The translations under genes and the position numbers were made by a program. This document shows, in pieces, positions 39,113-48,666 of a DNA stretch of 64,000 nucleotides; position 1 is the stretch's first letter, and every line of letters starts with the position of its first letter. The DNA lies in the NCBI GenBank assembly GCA_965215015.1, contig OZ244042.1, positions 2,400,001 through 2,464,000 of the forward strand, in the 5' to 3' direction. The notes beneath the pieces are model-generated. The model was not told where the DNA came from and searched no databases. It worked only from the letters and a program-made list of their open reading frames with translations. This DNA is from Candidatus Poribacteria bacterium. Lineage in GTDB: Bacteria; Poribacteria; WGA-4E; PCPOR2b.

Positions 39113-41488
39113 ATGGAATCTCTGTGGGATAAGAAAGCAATGTCAGTGAAAATTACAGAAACGGACCTGAAAGCTGCCCTACCTGATATCACCACCACGA
39201 TGCGCTTTTCGGGACTCCACAACCCCGTTGATGTGTATCGGGACAGATGGGGCATTCCTCACATCAAGGCGGAGAACGAAAACGACCTATTTTTTGCACA
39301 AGGTTTTGCTACCGCGCAGGACCGGCTATGGCACATGGATTTTGATCGACATCGGGCACTCGGCAGATGGGCGGAGTTCGCTGGGGGTAGTGGCGTCCTT
39401 CAAGACCGGCTGTTGCGAGCGGCGGGAATGGGGCGCACCGCGAAACTCGACTACGAAATCGCTAGCCCTGAAGCGAAGGTGATGATTGATGCCTACACCG
39501 CTGGTGTGAACGCCTTCCTTGACACAGCTCAAACCCTGCCTATTGAATACACAATCCTTGACCAAATCCCTGAACGCTGGGAGAATTGGCACTGTCTCGC
39601 TGTCTACAAGATACGCAATACCCTCTTGGGAACGTTTGAACCGAAGCTTTACCGGATGCGCTTGGTAAAGGCACTCGGCCCCGATAGACTCGCTGAACTC
39701 ATGAGGGGATACCCGAGTGGTCACCTGCTCACTGTGCCGCCGGGCGAAACTTATGAAGGCCCCTCCCTTGAAGGGCTTGATGAACTGAGCGAGGCCGCTA
39801 AAGCGGCGAACTGGCTTGATGAGGTGGATGCGGGGTCAAATGGCTGGTCGATTTCCGGTGAACTGACCGAATCGGGGTTGCCACTGGTGGGGGGTGACTC
39901 GCATCGCGCCCTTGATACACCGAGCGTTTACTACCAAGTCCACCTATCGTGTCCTGAATTTACGGTTATCGGTCACGCTGTGCCGGGGATGCCGGGAGCG
40001 CTCCACTTCTGCCACAACGAGTATGTAGCGTGGGGGATGACGCATGGCGGCGCGGATACACAGGACCTCTTTATTGAACGCTTCCGTGAGGGGCCAAATA
40101 GTCGTGAGTATCTGTTCAAGGAGGAGTGGAGACCTGCGGAAGTGCTTAACGAAACAATTGAGGTGCGTGGTGCCGACGCAGTGCCGCTGGAGGTGACGAT
40201 TACCCACCACGGTCCCGTTGTCGCCGGTGATCCCGCATCGGGGATGGCCATATCAATCAGTGATCCGGGATTAATTGCCGGATCCCCGTGGGTTGATGCC
40301 GCACGCGACGCCATGCAAGCGAAGTCCGTAGATGAATTGCATGAGGCATTTCGCAACTGGACAGATCGTGTAAATAACTACGCTGTCGGTGATGTGCACG
40401 GGAATTTTGGCTACCTGCACGAGGGCAAAATCCCGATTCGGCCCGAATCAAACGGTTGGCGAGCGGTGCCGGGTTGGACGGGCGAATATGAGTGGAATGG
40501 CTACATCCCCCACGACGAACTGCCAAAAGCTATCAACCCCGACACCGATTATGTAATCACTTGCAACCAACGTGTTGCCGATTACGACTACCCCTACTAT
40601 GTGGGACTGTCTTTCACACCTGAGTATCGCGCTCGACGGGTTCAAGCGCAGATTCTTTCGCTTGAACCGGGGACCGCAACTATTGACGATATGGCGCGTA
40701 TTCACGCCGAACGAATCTCAAATCCGGCGCGTATCTTCACAGAAGCGTTAGTCCGCGTCACACCGCTTGACGAAGATTCGGCGGAAGCCCTGGGGCTGCT
40801 ACGAGCGTGGGGCTATAGCATGGATCGCGACCAAACCCAACCGTTGATTTATGCCAAGACCAAAACACATGTCATCGAATTTCTACTCGATTATCTGATG
40901 GAAGATATGGCGGAGGAGGTATTTTCAGGTGCTGCGGGAAGTGATGCCCATGTCCGGCAGATCGTAGTGGAAATGAACCTGGCACTTGAGGGGGAGCACA
41001 TCTTCTTCTTGCTACCGCCCAGATACGATTGGTCCGATGTGCTGGCTTCCGCACTCCGGCTTGCTGTTGCGGACCTCAAAGAACAGCTCGGTGATAATAT
41101 GTTCAAGTGGCAGTGGGGGGAGCTCCATCACACACACCCACAACACCCGCTTTCGGTGGTGTTTCCAGAGTTTGCCGACCTGCTAAATCCCCCGTCGATC
41201 CCGACGCATGGGGATGGCGACACACCGCTTGCTGGGAGTTATGCCCTCCACAACGAATTCATCGCCACAGGCATGTCCGTCAATCGTTATATCCACGATC
41301 CGTCAGACTGGACCAATTCACGGTGGATTGTGCCGTTGGGTGCATCAGGGCACCCCGGCAGCCCACACTATGCGGATCAGGCAGAAATGTGGGCAAACGT
41401 CGAGTATATCCCGCAACTTTGGGACTGGCAACAGATTTCGGCTGAAGCGGAATCGCAGCAACGAATCGAACCGGCAGAATCAGGGTAG
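39113..41488 (+). CDS. Penicillin acylase family Ntn-hydrolase (peptidase S45)
   Basis: RDRWGIPHI, AQDRLW, GSNGW catalytic Ser and GASGHPGSPHYADQ. Confidence 0.95.
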   Translation: MESLWDKKAMSVKITETDLKAALPDITTTMRFSGLHNPVDVYRDRWGIPHIKAENENDLFFAQGFATAQDRLWHMDFDRHRALGRWAEFAGGSGVLQDRLLRAAGMGRTAKLDYEIASPEAKVMIDAYTAGVNAFLDTAQTLPIEYTILDQIPERWENWHCLAVYKIRNTLLGTFEPKLYRMRLVKALGPDRLAELMRGYPSGHLLTVPPGETYEGPSLEGLDELSEAAKAANWLDEVDAGSNGWSISGELTESGLPLVGGDSHRALDTPSVYYQVHLSCPEFTVIGHAVPGMPGALHFCHNEYVAWGMTHGGADTQDLFIERFREGPNSREYLFKEEWRPAEVLNETIEVRGADAVPLEVTITHHGPVVAGDPASGMAISISDPGLIAGSPWVDAARDAMQAKSVDELHEAFRNWTDRVNNYAVGDVHGNFGYLHEGKIPIRPESNGWRAVPGWTGEYEWNGYIPHDELPKAINPDTDYVITCNQRVADYDYPYYVGLSFTPEYRARRVQAQILSLEPGTATIDDMARIHAERISNPARIFTEALVRVTPLDEDSAEALGLLRAWGYSMDRDQTQPLIYAKTKTHVIEFLLDYLMEDMAEEVFSGAAGSDAHVRQIVVEMNLALEGEHIFFLLPPRYDWSDVLASALRLAVADLKEQLGDNMFKWQWGELHHTHPQHPLSVVFPEFADLLNPPSIPTHGDGDTPLAGSYALHNEFIATGMSVNRYIHDPSDWTNSRWIVPLGASGHPGSPHYADQAEMWANVEYIPQLWDWQQISAEAESQQRIEPAESG

Positions 41489-41589
41489 GTTGTTGATGAC
41501 TGTCAAAGAATTAATTTCCCTGTTCTCTTTCCACCAACAGCAAAAATGAAAGGAAGGATGGAAGATATGGGAGGAGGTAAACGCCTGCG

Positions 41590-42600
41590 GTGCCTAAACT
41601 TCCGGCCCCGTCCGCAAAAACAGCTATGAATAGCCGAAATAGCAAACTTTCTGAATACCTTACAGCCAAGCAAGATCGGCGCAAGAAAGCCATCCAACGC
41701 CGAAAGCGGTTGGCAGCGGGCCTGCCGGCTGCCGCTCCGTTGAAGCGCGTTTCACTCGATTATAAACAGCAAGAGGCTATTGCTTCTCTAGAAGCGATTG
41801 GTACGGCAAAACGCAAGCGGACCTTTGTCACCCGGCACTTTGCATGGCCCGTCTCGCTCGGCCTCCATCTCTTTGCGGCCTTTCTGCTGACCCTCTACGT
41901 CGTTCAAGAGTATATCCCCGAAAACGAGTCTGTCTCCCTGGCCTTCGTGAATCCAATTCGTGAACCCCGGGTTATAAGGCGCCGATCTCCTATAAAACCC
42001 GCGGCACCAGCCAAATCATTGAAAATTCAGGCACAGCGTGTACCGCGGTCAACGCCGGCAGCTGTGGAAATCCCAACGGAGGAGGCACGATTTTATACAC
42101 CGGAGGATGATCTCGTTGATGCAGGGGCGGGGCCAACCGCTGGTGGTGTTGCAATACCCGAAGGGCTCGGTAACATTCAGGTCGAGCAGCAGCGCGCAGA
42201 AATTCCGACGGAAGCACTGGAGCTCAAAATCGAACGCTCCACGTCGATTGCCCCGGAAGATAGTGAAATAGGTATTTCCGATGCCGGCCTCGGTGGCCGC
42301 ACCATTGAGGCAGAGGGGTTGGTGGAGGTCGAACAAAAACCTCGCTTCCTCAGAAGGGTTGAGCCAAAGTACCCTGAACCTGCAAAACGCGCTGCACTGG
42401 AAGGCGTTGTTGAACTTGAGGCGACTATCGGCGTGGACGGAAGGGCAAAGGACATTAAGGTGGTGCAACCGTTAGGATTTGGCTGCGATGAGGCGGCGGT
42501 TGAAGCCCTAAAAAAATCACGCTTTACCCCAGCCAAGCGTGGCACAGAGGCCATCCCTAAACGGATACGAATTAAATTTCGGTTTACCCTTGACGATTAG
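41590..42600 (+). CDS. Energy transducer TonB family protein
   Basis: SLGLH TM helix; C-terminal PKYPEPAKRAALEGVV...GCDEAA...FTPA domain. Confidence 0.85.
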   Translation: MPKLPAPSAKTAMNSRNSKLSEYLTAKQDRRKKAIQRRKRLAAGLPAAAPLKRVSLDYKQQEAIASLEAIGTAKRKRTFVTRHFAWPVSLGLHLFAAFLLTLYVVQEYIPENESVSLAFVNPIREPRVIRRRSPIKPAAPAKSLKIQAQRVPRSTPAAVEIPTEEARFYTPEDDLVDAGAGPTAGGVAIPEGLGNIQVEQQRAEIPTEALELKIERSTSIAPEDSEIGISDAGLGGRTIEAEGLVEVEQKPRFLRRVEPKYPEPAKRAALEGVVELEATIGVDGRAKDIKVVQPLGFGCDEAAVEALKKSRFTPAKRGTEAIPKRIRIKFRFTLDD

Positions 42601-42666
42601 ACCGCGATAGCAATTTGGGGCTGCCTGACTATCTCTGTGTGATGTTTCTGTTTCAATCGTTTTCAA

Positions 42667-42840
42667 TTTGTAGGTTGATTTTCCAAAAGCGAAAATACCT
42701 ACAACATTGTCTTATAGGATACCAGACACTGTTGCGCCACAGAATACCGGATACTATAATGCTACAATCCCGGCTCAATCGGCCCAGGGCATTGCGCTAT
42801 AGTCCGGGGAGTTTGTCGAGATATGAATCTTGACCTACAG
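42667..42840. repeat. Mosaic REP repeat
   Basis: Reverse-complement match to modules at 30360-30470 and 46280-46400. Confidence 0.75.
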
Positions 42841-43029
42841 TTGAGGCGAGCAAGCACAACCGACAAATTATTGACATTACCGTGAATCCACGAAGAAACG
42901 AGCAAGAGAGTGTGAGGAAACAGGACCCCCTACGCTCCCTCGTTCACCCACCCTCTCGTCCCGTCCCTCCGATTTCGTTAGCGTCGTTCCAACGCAACGG
43001 CATCGGGACTTCACGTTTCATACTCTGTT

Positions 43030-43776
43030 TCAATATGTTGCCCTGCCGCCGCTGACATCGTAACACTGCCCGGTCACAAAGCTGGCATCGTCCGATGCTA
43101 GGAAATGCACCACCGCTGCGACCTCCTCGGGTTTTCCAACCCGTCCCAGCGGAATCTTGCTGACCATATAATCGATAGTTGACTGCGACACCTGTTCCAG
43201 AATCGGAGTCTCAATGACCGCTGGTGAAACGCAGTTGACGTTTATGCCGTACTCAGTGACTTCTTTCGCCAAGGCTTTCGTCAGGCAGATGACGCCTGCT
43301 TTGGACGCCGAATACGGGATGAGCGTTGGATTGCCCTCCTTGCCAGCAATCGAGGCGACACTGACAATCTTGCCGTACTGCCGCTCAATCATGTGGTCAA
43401 TTACCGCTTTGCAGCAGAGAAAAACGCCCTTCAGATTCACATCCAGAACCGCATCCCAATCCGATTCATCCAAATCTGGCAACGGCGCGGTTTTCCCAGC
43501 AATTCCGGCGTTATTTACCAGAATGTCAATCTGGCTAAAGGTTTCCAACGTTTGCTGCGCCATCCGTTGTACCTGATCTAGTTTTGAGACATCCGTCTCA
43601 ATGACGAGCGATTTACGTCCCAACGCCTCAATTTCTTTTGCAACCGTTTCACCTGCCTTACGGTTCAGCTCGACTACGCCAACCGTTGCGCCGGCACCTG
43701 CGAGCCGCAGCGCAATCGCCCGACCGATTCCCTGGCCCGCGCCTGTCACAATTGCAATTTTATCGGTTAAATCCAT
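43030..43776 (-). CDS. SDR family oxidoreductase (FabG-like)
   Basis: TGAGQGIG, NNAG and YSASK. Confidence 0.95.
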   Translation of the reverse strand: MDLTDKIAIVTGAGQGIGRAIALRLAGAGATVGVVELNRKAGETVAKEIEALGRKSLVIETDVSKLDQVQRMAQQTLETFSQIDILVNNAGIAGKTAPLPDLDESDWDAVLDVNLKGVFLCCKAVIDHMIERQYGKIVSVASIAGKEGNPTLIPYSASKAGVICLTKALAKEVTEYGINVNCVSPAVIETPILEQVSQSTIDYMVSKIPLGRVGKPEEVAAVVHFLASDDASFVTGQCYDVSGGRATY

Positions 43777-43841
43777 TAAAGTTCCTCCTTGCTATTGAGT
43801 TCAAGAGTTCATTCTAATGTACTAGTGAACCAATGAACCAA

Positions 43842-44594
43842 TTAGGTTTGGGCGTATTGCACCCAACCTGCGAAATAATGCGGTGCCCACCTGCGTGCCA
43901 GATAAAAGGTCTTGGCAGAATAGCGACCGTGGGGAGGAAGCACTTCGGCATCAATCCACGCCTCCGCTCCCGCCAAAGTCGGAAACTCAATTACCCATGC
44001 CCGATGCCATGCCTCTTGCGCTCCCATCAGCTTGAACGCTTCTAAGCGCATCAACCCGTGTTCACGAGCGACTGACTGCATTCGCTCAATATGTTCGGCA
44101 TCATCCCGCGCCTCCGGCGTTGCCTCGCTCGCCTCTGGTTGCCAACGCCCGAAAAGTAGGACAACGACGCTGTTCCTGTCCACGTCAAGTATGGGGACCC
44201 GGTGCGAATCTGTTTCGTCTGGCACAACCTGTTTGGGAGGACGAGTCACCCATTGGGAAAAGTGGCCCCGCCCCCAATGCCGTGCGGTGTAATATTCGTA
44301 GTATCCATAGCGTCCATAGGGCGGTGCCATTTCAGTATCGATCCACGCCTCTGCGCCCGTTAGGGTAGGAAACTCGATAACCCAGAAGCGTTCCCACGAC
44401 CTTTGCGGTGTCATCAGCTTAAAGCCTTCCAGACGCATCAGTCTGTGTTCGCTGGCAACCGATAACATCAGATCGACATGCTCTTGCTGATAGGCATCTC
44501 GCTCCGCTGGTGTCAAATCGTGCCACGTGGGCAGTCGACCACCCTTGTAGAGTATAATAACGCTATCTTTGCTGACTTCCGGTGTAGTTGCCAC
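43842..44594 (-). CDS. Hypothetical protein of two duplicated ferredoxin-like (dimeric alpha-beta barrel-like) domains
   Basis: Repeated EH...LMRLE.FKLM...W.R.WVIEFPTL.GAEAWI..E..PP.GRY; GTG start with AGGAGG RBS. Confidence 0.7.
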   Translation of the reverse strand: MATTPEVSKDSVIILYKGGRLPTWHDLTPAERDAYQQEHVDLMLSVASEHRLMRLEGFKLMTPQRSWERFWVIEFPTLTGAEAWIDTEMAPPYGRYGYYEYYTARHWGRGHFSQWVTRPPKQVVPDETDSHRVPILDVDRNSVVVLLFGRWQPEASEATPEARDDAEHIERMQSVAREHGLMRLEAFKLMGAQEAWHRAWVIEFPTLAGAEAWIDAEVLPPHGRYSAKTFYLARRWAPHYFAGWVQYAQT

Positions 44595-44637
44595 GGACCT
44601 ATCCTCCTTTGCGATAGGGAGGTCTTTTTTGATAGAT

Positions 44638-46071
44638 TTATCGAGAGGTGAGCCATTCCACGAGGAGGTCAACTTGCCGCAAACCTTTATCGTCGAGTGC
44701 TCGCGGTTCGATAGCCTCATGCGTGATACCTGCCACAGTGATGATCCCCGTCATTGTGGGATGCGGTGCTGCGACGCGAATAGCGGCAGCCTGTGAGGTA
44801 ATCTCAGTTTTTTGCAGAAATCCAAGGATGGGTAGCACTTTTGACATCGGGATGCGGACGATCCGAATATTGGTGTTTTTCCCAAAGACCCGCCACGCTG
44901 CCTCTCGCGTTACGGGACCCTTATTGAGGCCCTTCCTTGCACCCACTAGGGCGAAGTTCACCCCTGTTTTTTCTTTAATCAGCAGTGCGAGTGCCCCCTC
45001 GATTTGCTTTGCATCGAGCGGCTCACTGAGAGTGACAATTGGCTCCGCACCGGTCTCATCGGCGGCGGGCGGGCGGAGGTTGCGATGGCGCATCGGTCCA
45101 TCTTTAGATTTAATCCAAGCAAAACGCCCCCGCTGGAGACGACGGTGTGTTTGCGTGAGATCTATGTACTGTCCCACAACGCCTGCCGATTCGAGGACGT
45201 GGATTTCGACGTAGCCGTTGGGAGTCATGGGGCCAGGGTAGTTCACTGCTCCAGTGTTGATGCAAACAGCATCTCCTGCCTCAAACCCCTCCGGCACCCA
45301 TGCCTCAAATCTGTGGGTTGTGGCAGAGAGAACCAGATCCACCTTGTTGAGCAAGAATTGGCGTCGTTTTGGAGAAAGCACCATGTCCCACGATCCCGCC
45401 CGCGAATGCGCCGCTACTATAATCAGGTCCTTATCCCCTTTTTCGATGCCTTTGAGGGTTTCCATCATCCACACTCGGCTACTTTCCGGAAATGCTACTG
45501 CTGCGTCCTCTGGCTGATCTGAGAAGTGCATCTGAATCAGGTGAACGGTGTAATCGCTGACCGAAATTTGGGCGTAGTATTCCGATTTGTTCGGACGGAT
45601 AACGCTTGCATGGGCTTCTAGCACTACCAGATCGAGTATCGGCGCGCCCGCGCCATAATCCGATTGTTTGTGGGTCGGACTGTAGTATTCGTTCTCACCG
45701 TCCGCAACGTTGGGGTAGAAGTGCTCACGCCACCACGGCTCGGATTGTATCCAAGGGATAAAGGTATTTTCCCAGCGGTATTTGACATGATCGCCCAAGC
45801 CTATCACAAAGGCGGGATTTCCCTCCTTTATCCAAGCGGTCATCCGGGCAAATTCCACACTACTGAGAGGGGAGTCCCCCTTGTTGTCGCTCATAATGGC
45901 AAAGTGGAGGCTTGCTTGCCGATCTAGGTCCGCTATGGATTCGAGACCCGGCAGTCCTTCTCCAGTGGTAGTCTGCGGGTTAGTCACACCGGAATCCGCA
46001 TATACAGGTTGCGAAAGCCGCCATGAAATCAGCAGGATAAGTGCAAGGAGCTGTCCCAGCTTTCTCATCAT
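44638..46071 (-). CDS. Exported metallophosphoesterase-fold protein with C-terminal extra domain
   Basis: Signal peptide; SDNK, GLGDH, DGENE and ATTH variants of calcineurin-like motifs. Confidence 0.65.
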   Translation of the reverse strand: MMRKLGQLLALILLISWRLSQPVYADSGVTNPQTTTGEGLPGLESIADLDRQASLHFAIMSDNKGDSPLSSVEFARMTAWIKEGNPAFVIGLGDHVKYRWENTFIPWIQSEPWWREHFYPNVADGENEYYSPTHKQSDYGAGAPILDLVVLEAHASVIRPNKSEYYAQISVSDYTVHLIQMHFSDQPEDAAVAFPESSRVWMMETLKGIEKGDKDLIIVAAHSRAGSWDMVLSPKRRQFLLNKVDLVLSATTHRFEAWVPEGFEAGDAVCINTGAVNYPGPMTPNGYVEIHVLESAGVVGQYIDLTQTHRRLQRGRFAWIKSKDGPMRHRNLRPPAADETGAEPIVTLSEPLDAKQIEGALALLIKEKTGVNFALVGARKGLNKGPVTREAAWRVFGKNTNIRIVRIPMSKVLPILGFLQKTEITSQAAAIRVAAPHPTMTGIITVAGITHEAIEPRALDDKGLRQVDLLVEWLTSR

Positions 46072-46105
46072 TTGTTTTCCCTCATTTTTGTATATTAATC
46101 GTAGG

Positions 46106-46234
46106 TAGGACTTACGCGGTTGAATGCTCAATGCCTTGTCGTTCGGCGATGAATTGGGCAACTACAGCAGAGACTCCATAAGGAATCCATAGGGAACACC
46201 GATCGAGGTTCCCTACTGAAGTGCGTAACTCCTA
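46106..46234. mobile_element. MITE-like element (TAGGACTTACGC / TGCGTAACTCCTA)
   Basis: TIRs; shorter relative of 2448-2631. Confidence 0.78.
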
Positions 46235-46262
46235 CTAGTGTTACCAGTTATTGGCAATAGTT

Positions 46263-46530
46263 CTAGGGTTAGGCTGTCAGTCGAGACTCATATCTCGACA
46301 AAACCCCGGACTATAGTGCAATGTCCCGAGCGGATTAAGCCAGGATTGTCGCCCCATAGCGTCTAGTATTCTATAGCCTAGGTATTGTCGATTTTGGCAA
46401 ATCGACTGACAGAAGGCCTATGTTAGTGTATTTGGCAGTTTGGGCAACCCCGATTTCAGGGAGGGCAGGCTCTGAGCGACCATTACAGATTAGGAAACTG
46501 TGCCTACGAAGGGGGGCGACATAGGGAGCC
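46263..46530. repeat. Mosaic REP repeat
   Basis: gtcgagactcatatctcgac, caaaaccccggact and gtcgattttggcaaatcgac modules. Confidence 0.75.
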
Positions 46531-46566
46531 CCGATAGGATCGGAATTCAAAGCAATATGTCTAGAT

Positions 46567-47826
46567 TTAGATTTCCCAAATGGGCCAGTCAGTCTCATGG
46601 AGCCGCTGCCAGAGGCCATCGAACCTTTCGCTGCCATCGTCCTCCCATTCGTCTAACCTGACGCCGGGCGCGAAAGATTCGTCTACGCCCTGCTTCATCA
46701 GGCGTTCCGCTTGCTGTAGGCTTTGGTAGTAGTGCTTGACACCGCCGGGGAGCGTAACGACGGAGATATGTCGCAGCCACTCCGGGGCAGACGTTTGAGA
46801 ATAACGGTTGATGGCATCTTCATCTAATTCCACGCCCAGTCCTGGTCCCTCTGGAACTTTCATGAACCCCCGCTGAACCGTGTGGCCTTGCGTAATCAGG
46901 TCATCTTCGTAGGTATGGCTCGCTGTCACGCCTGGCAACGTCGCAGTCGGCATGACTGCACCCAGATGACAGGCTAACGCTGCGGTTATACCGGTGCCGA
47001 CGTACTGTAACAGGATTGGCGTGTTTGCAGCGGCAAAAGCCCAACTGGACGCCAATGCGCTTTTGAGTGATTCATGGCTGCAGAGGGCCCCATCGAAATC
47101 GCCGGAGCGAAGCCCGATCCAAGGTCCTGAAGGTTGACGCGACGCCCCTTCTTGGATGACACCGACACCGTGCAGGTAGAATGGGATGCGAATCTCCTGA
47201 TGCAGCCGACGCCATCCTTCAACGTCATAGGCGAAAATTGGCTCTTCCACACCCTTGACTATAGGAATCTTCTCCAATTCTCGCAGGATGGGCAGGGCTT
47301 TCTCCACGTTGGTCAATGCGCCATTAAAGTCGAACTCCACACGAAAATCCGGCGGTGCGACCGCCTGCATTGCCCGTGATTGCTCGACGATGTCATAAAA
47401 TGCTCTAGCTTTGCATTTAAGCCCGCGATACCCGCGTTCAGCGGCTACCTGAACTTCAGCGGCACTATCTTCGGGAGACATGGACGGCATCCACCAACCC
47501 ATTGACACCCATTGACGCACCTGTTGCCCCATCAGCTTCCATGCGGGCAGGTCCAAATATTTGCCCATCAGGTCGTAGCAAGCCATGTCGAGGTTGAACC
47601 GCCCCTGTCCCATGAGGTGATCGAACGGATTCGTGCCGATGTATGGGTCGAGGAGCTCCTGCTCAAAGGGGGGACCGGGGTTTTCTCCCAGTCCGATTAA
47701 GCCGGTATCTGTATGAAATTTATAGACCGTCACCCGTTCGTCCAGTCCAAAATGATAAAATTGCTTGCGAATGCGTTCTTCGTAAGGAACTTGCAGGAGG
47801 ATTGGTTCAATCTCGGTGATTTTCAT
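46567..47826 (-). CDS. Mandelate racemase/muconate lactonizing enzyme family protein
   Basis: LDMACYDLMGK, KCK, DFN, VEEP and PEGPGLGVELD. Confidence 0.88.
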   Translation of the reverse strand: MKITEIEPILLQVPYEERIRKQFYHFGLDERVTVYKFHTDTGLIGLGENPGPPFEQELLDPYIGTNPFDHLMGQGRFNLDMACYDLMGKYLDLPAWKLMGQQVRQWVSMGWWMPSMSPEDSAAEVQVAAERGYRGLKCKARAFYDIVEQSRAMQAVAPPDFRVEFDFNGALTNVEKALPILRELEKIPIVKGVEEPIFAYDVEGWRRLHQEIRIPFYLHGVGVIQEGASRQPSGPWIGLRSGDFDGALCSHESLKSALASSWAFAAANTPILLQYVGTGITAALACHLGAVMPTATLPGVTASHTYEDDLITQGHTVQRGFMKVPEGPGLGVELDEDAINRYSQTSAPEWLRHISVVTLPGGVKHYYQSLQQAERLMKQGVDESFAPGVRLDEWEDDGSERFDGLWQRLHETDWPIWEI

Positions 47827-48273
47827 AGAAGGCGTCCTTTCGTCGTGATTATAAACTCGTTCATAATAGCACAGATCCGATTCTCAGACAATAGAAATGT
47901 GGAAGGGAATAAGTAGGGGCTCATGTTACATGAGCTTTCGATATTTTCGATTTTAGAAAATTGACTACAGAAGCCCGAAGTCGTTTGTTTAACTTGTTAA
48001 ATATCACCAGAACCCAGATATTGAAAATCCATCAGTTCTCTTGTAGAGGTGGGATCACCCCGCCCGTCAAGTCTTAACCTTTCGCTCCATTTATCAGCCC
48101 CGCTCGGCTGCGAGGGCTGATTTTCTCGTTCTTCGGTCCAGAGGAGCGATATGTCTATGGAAGGAAAATTCGTCCAATCTCCACGCCCCAGTTTTGAATT
48201 CCCAGCGGGGGGTATGTGTATAGAATACCACCACCCCAAATCCCCTAAAGCCCTAGTAGGGCGACATGTATAT

Positions 48274-48368
48274 CAAAATACATCACACCCGTAGGTCGGG
48301 CATTTGACTTTGGGAAACAGTAATGATATAATTTTGCCTGCAAAACACATCACACCCGTAGGTCGGGC
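48274..48368 (+). promoter_or_regulatory. Sigma70 promoter (48304-48332) enclosed by 28-bp direct repeats, upstream of the hsd operon
   Basis: TTGACT-17-TATAAT between CAAAA(T/C)ACATCACACCCGTAGGTCGGGC copies. Confidence 0.7.
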
Positions 48369-48666
48369 GTTCCCGATAAATCGGAATTTTCAACTTGCCC
48401 GATTCCAAGCCCCGGTTGCTTTGAATCCTAATCTTATCGGGCGTTGAGAGGCATCCTTACCGGCGATGAATCGCCGAGTATACCGTGCCCCTAGCGCAAG
48501 AGAATACTAGACACTGTTGCGCCACCTTTTCTGGTATTAGCTTCAAGGGTTCAACCGCATAAGCCTTACATTATATGGAAATCCGAGTGAGCCCAAAATC
48601 AAGCTGCGACACACGGAAAACCATCAACATCTTTTTAATTTCACATCTTCCGTAGGAGCATAACCA

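Noticed and set aside
48274-48368. Mini CRISPR array (28-bp repeats, 39-bp spacer)
   Set aside because: Only two repeats, no cas genes, the repeat ends in a REP motif and the spacer is a consensus promoter
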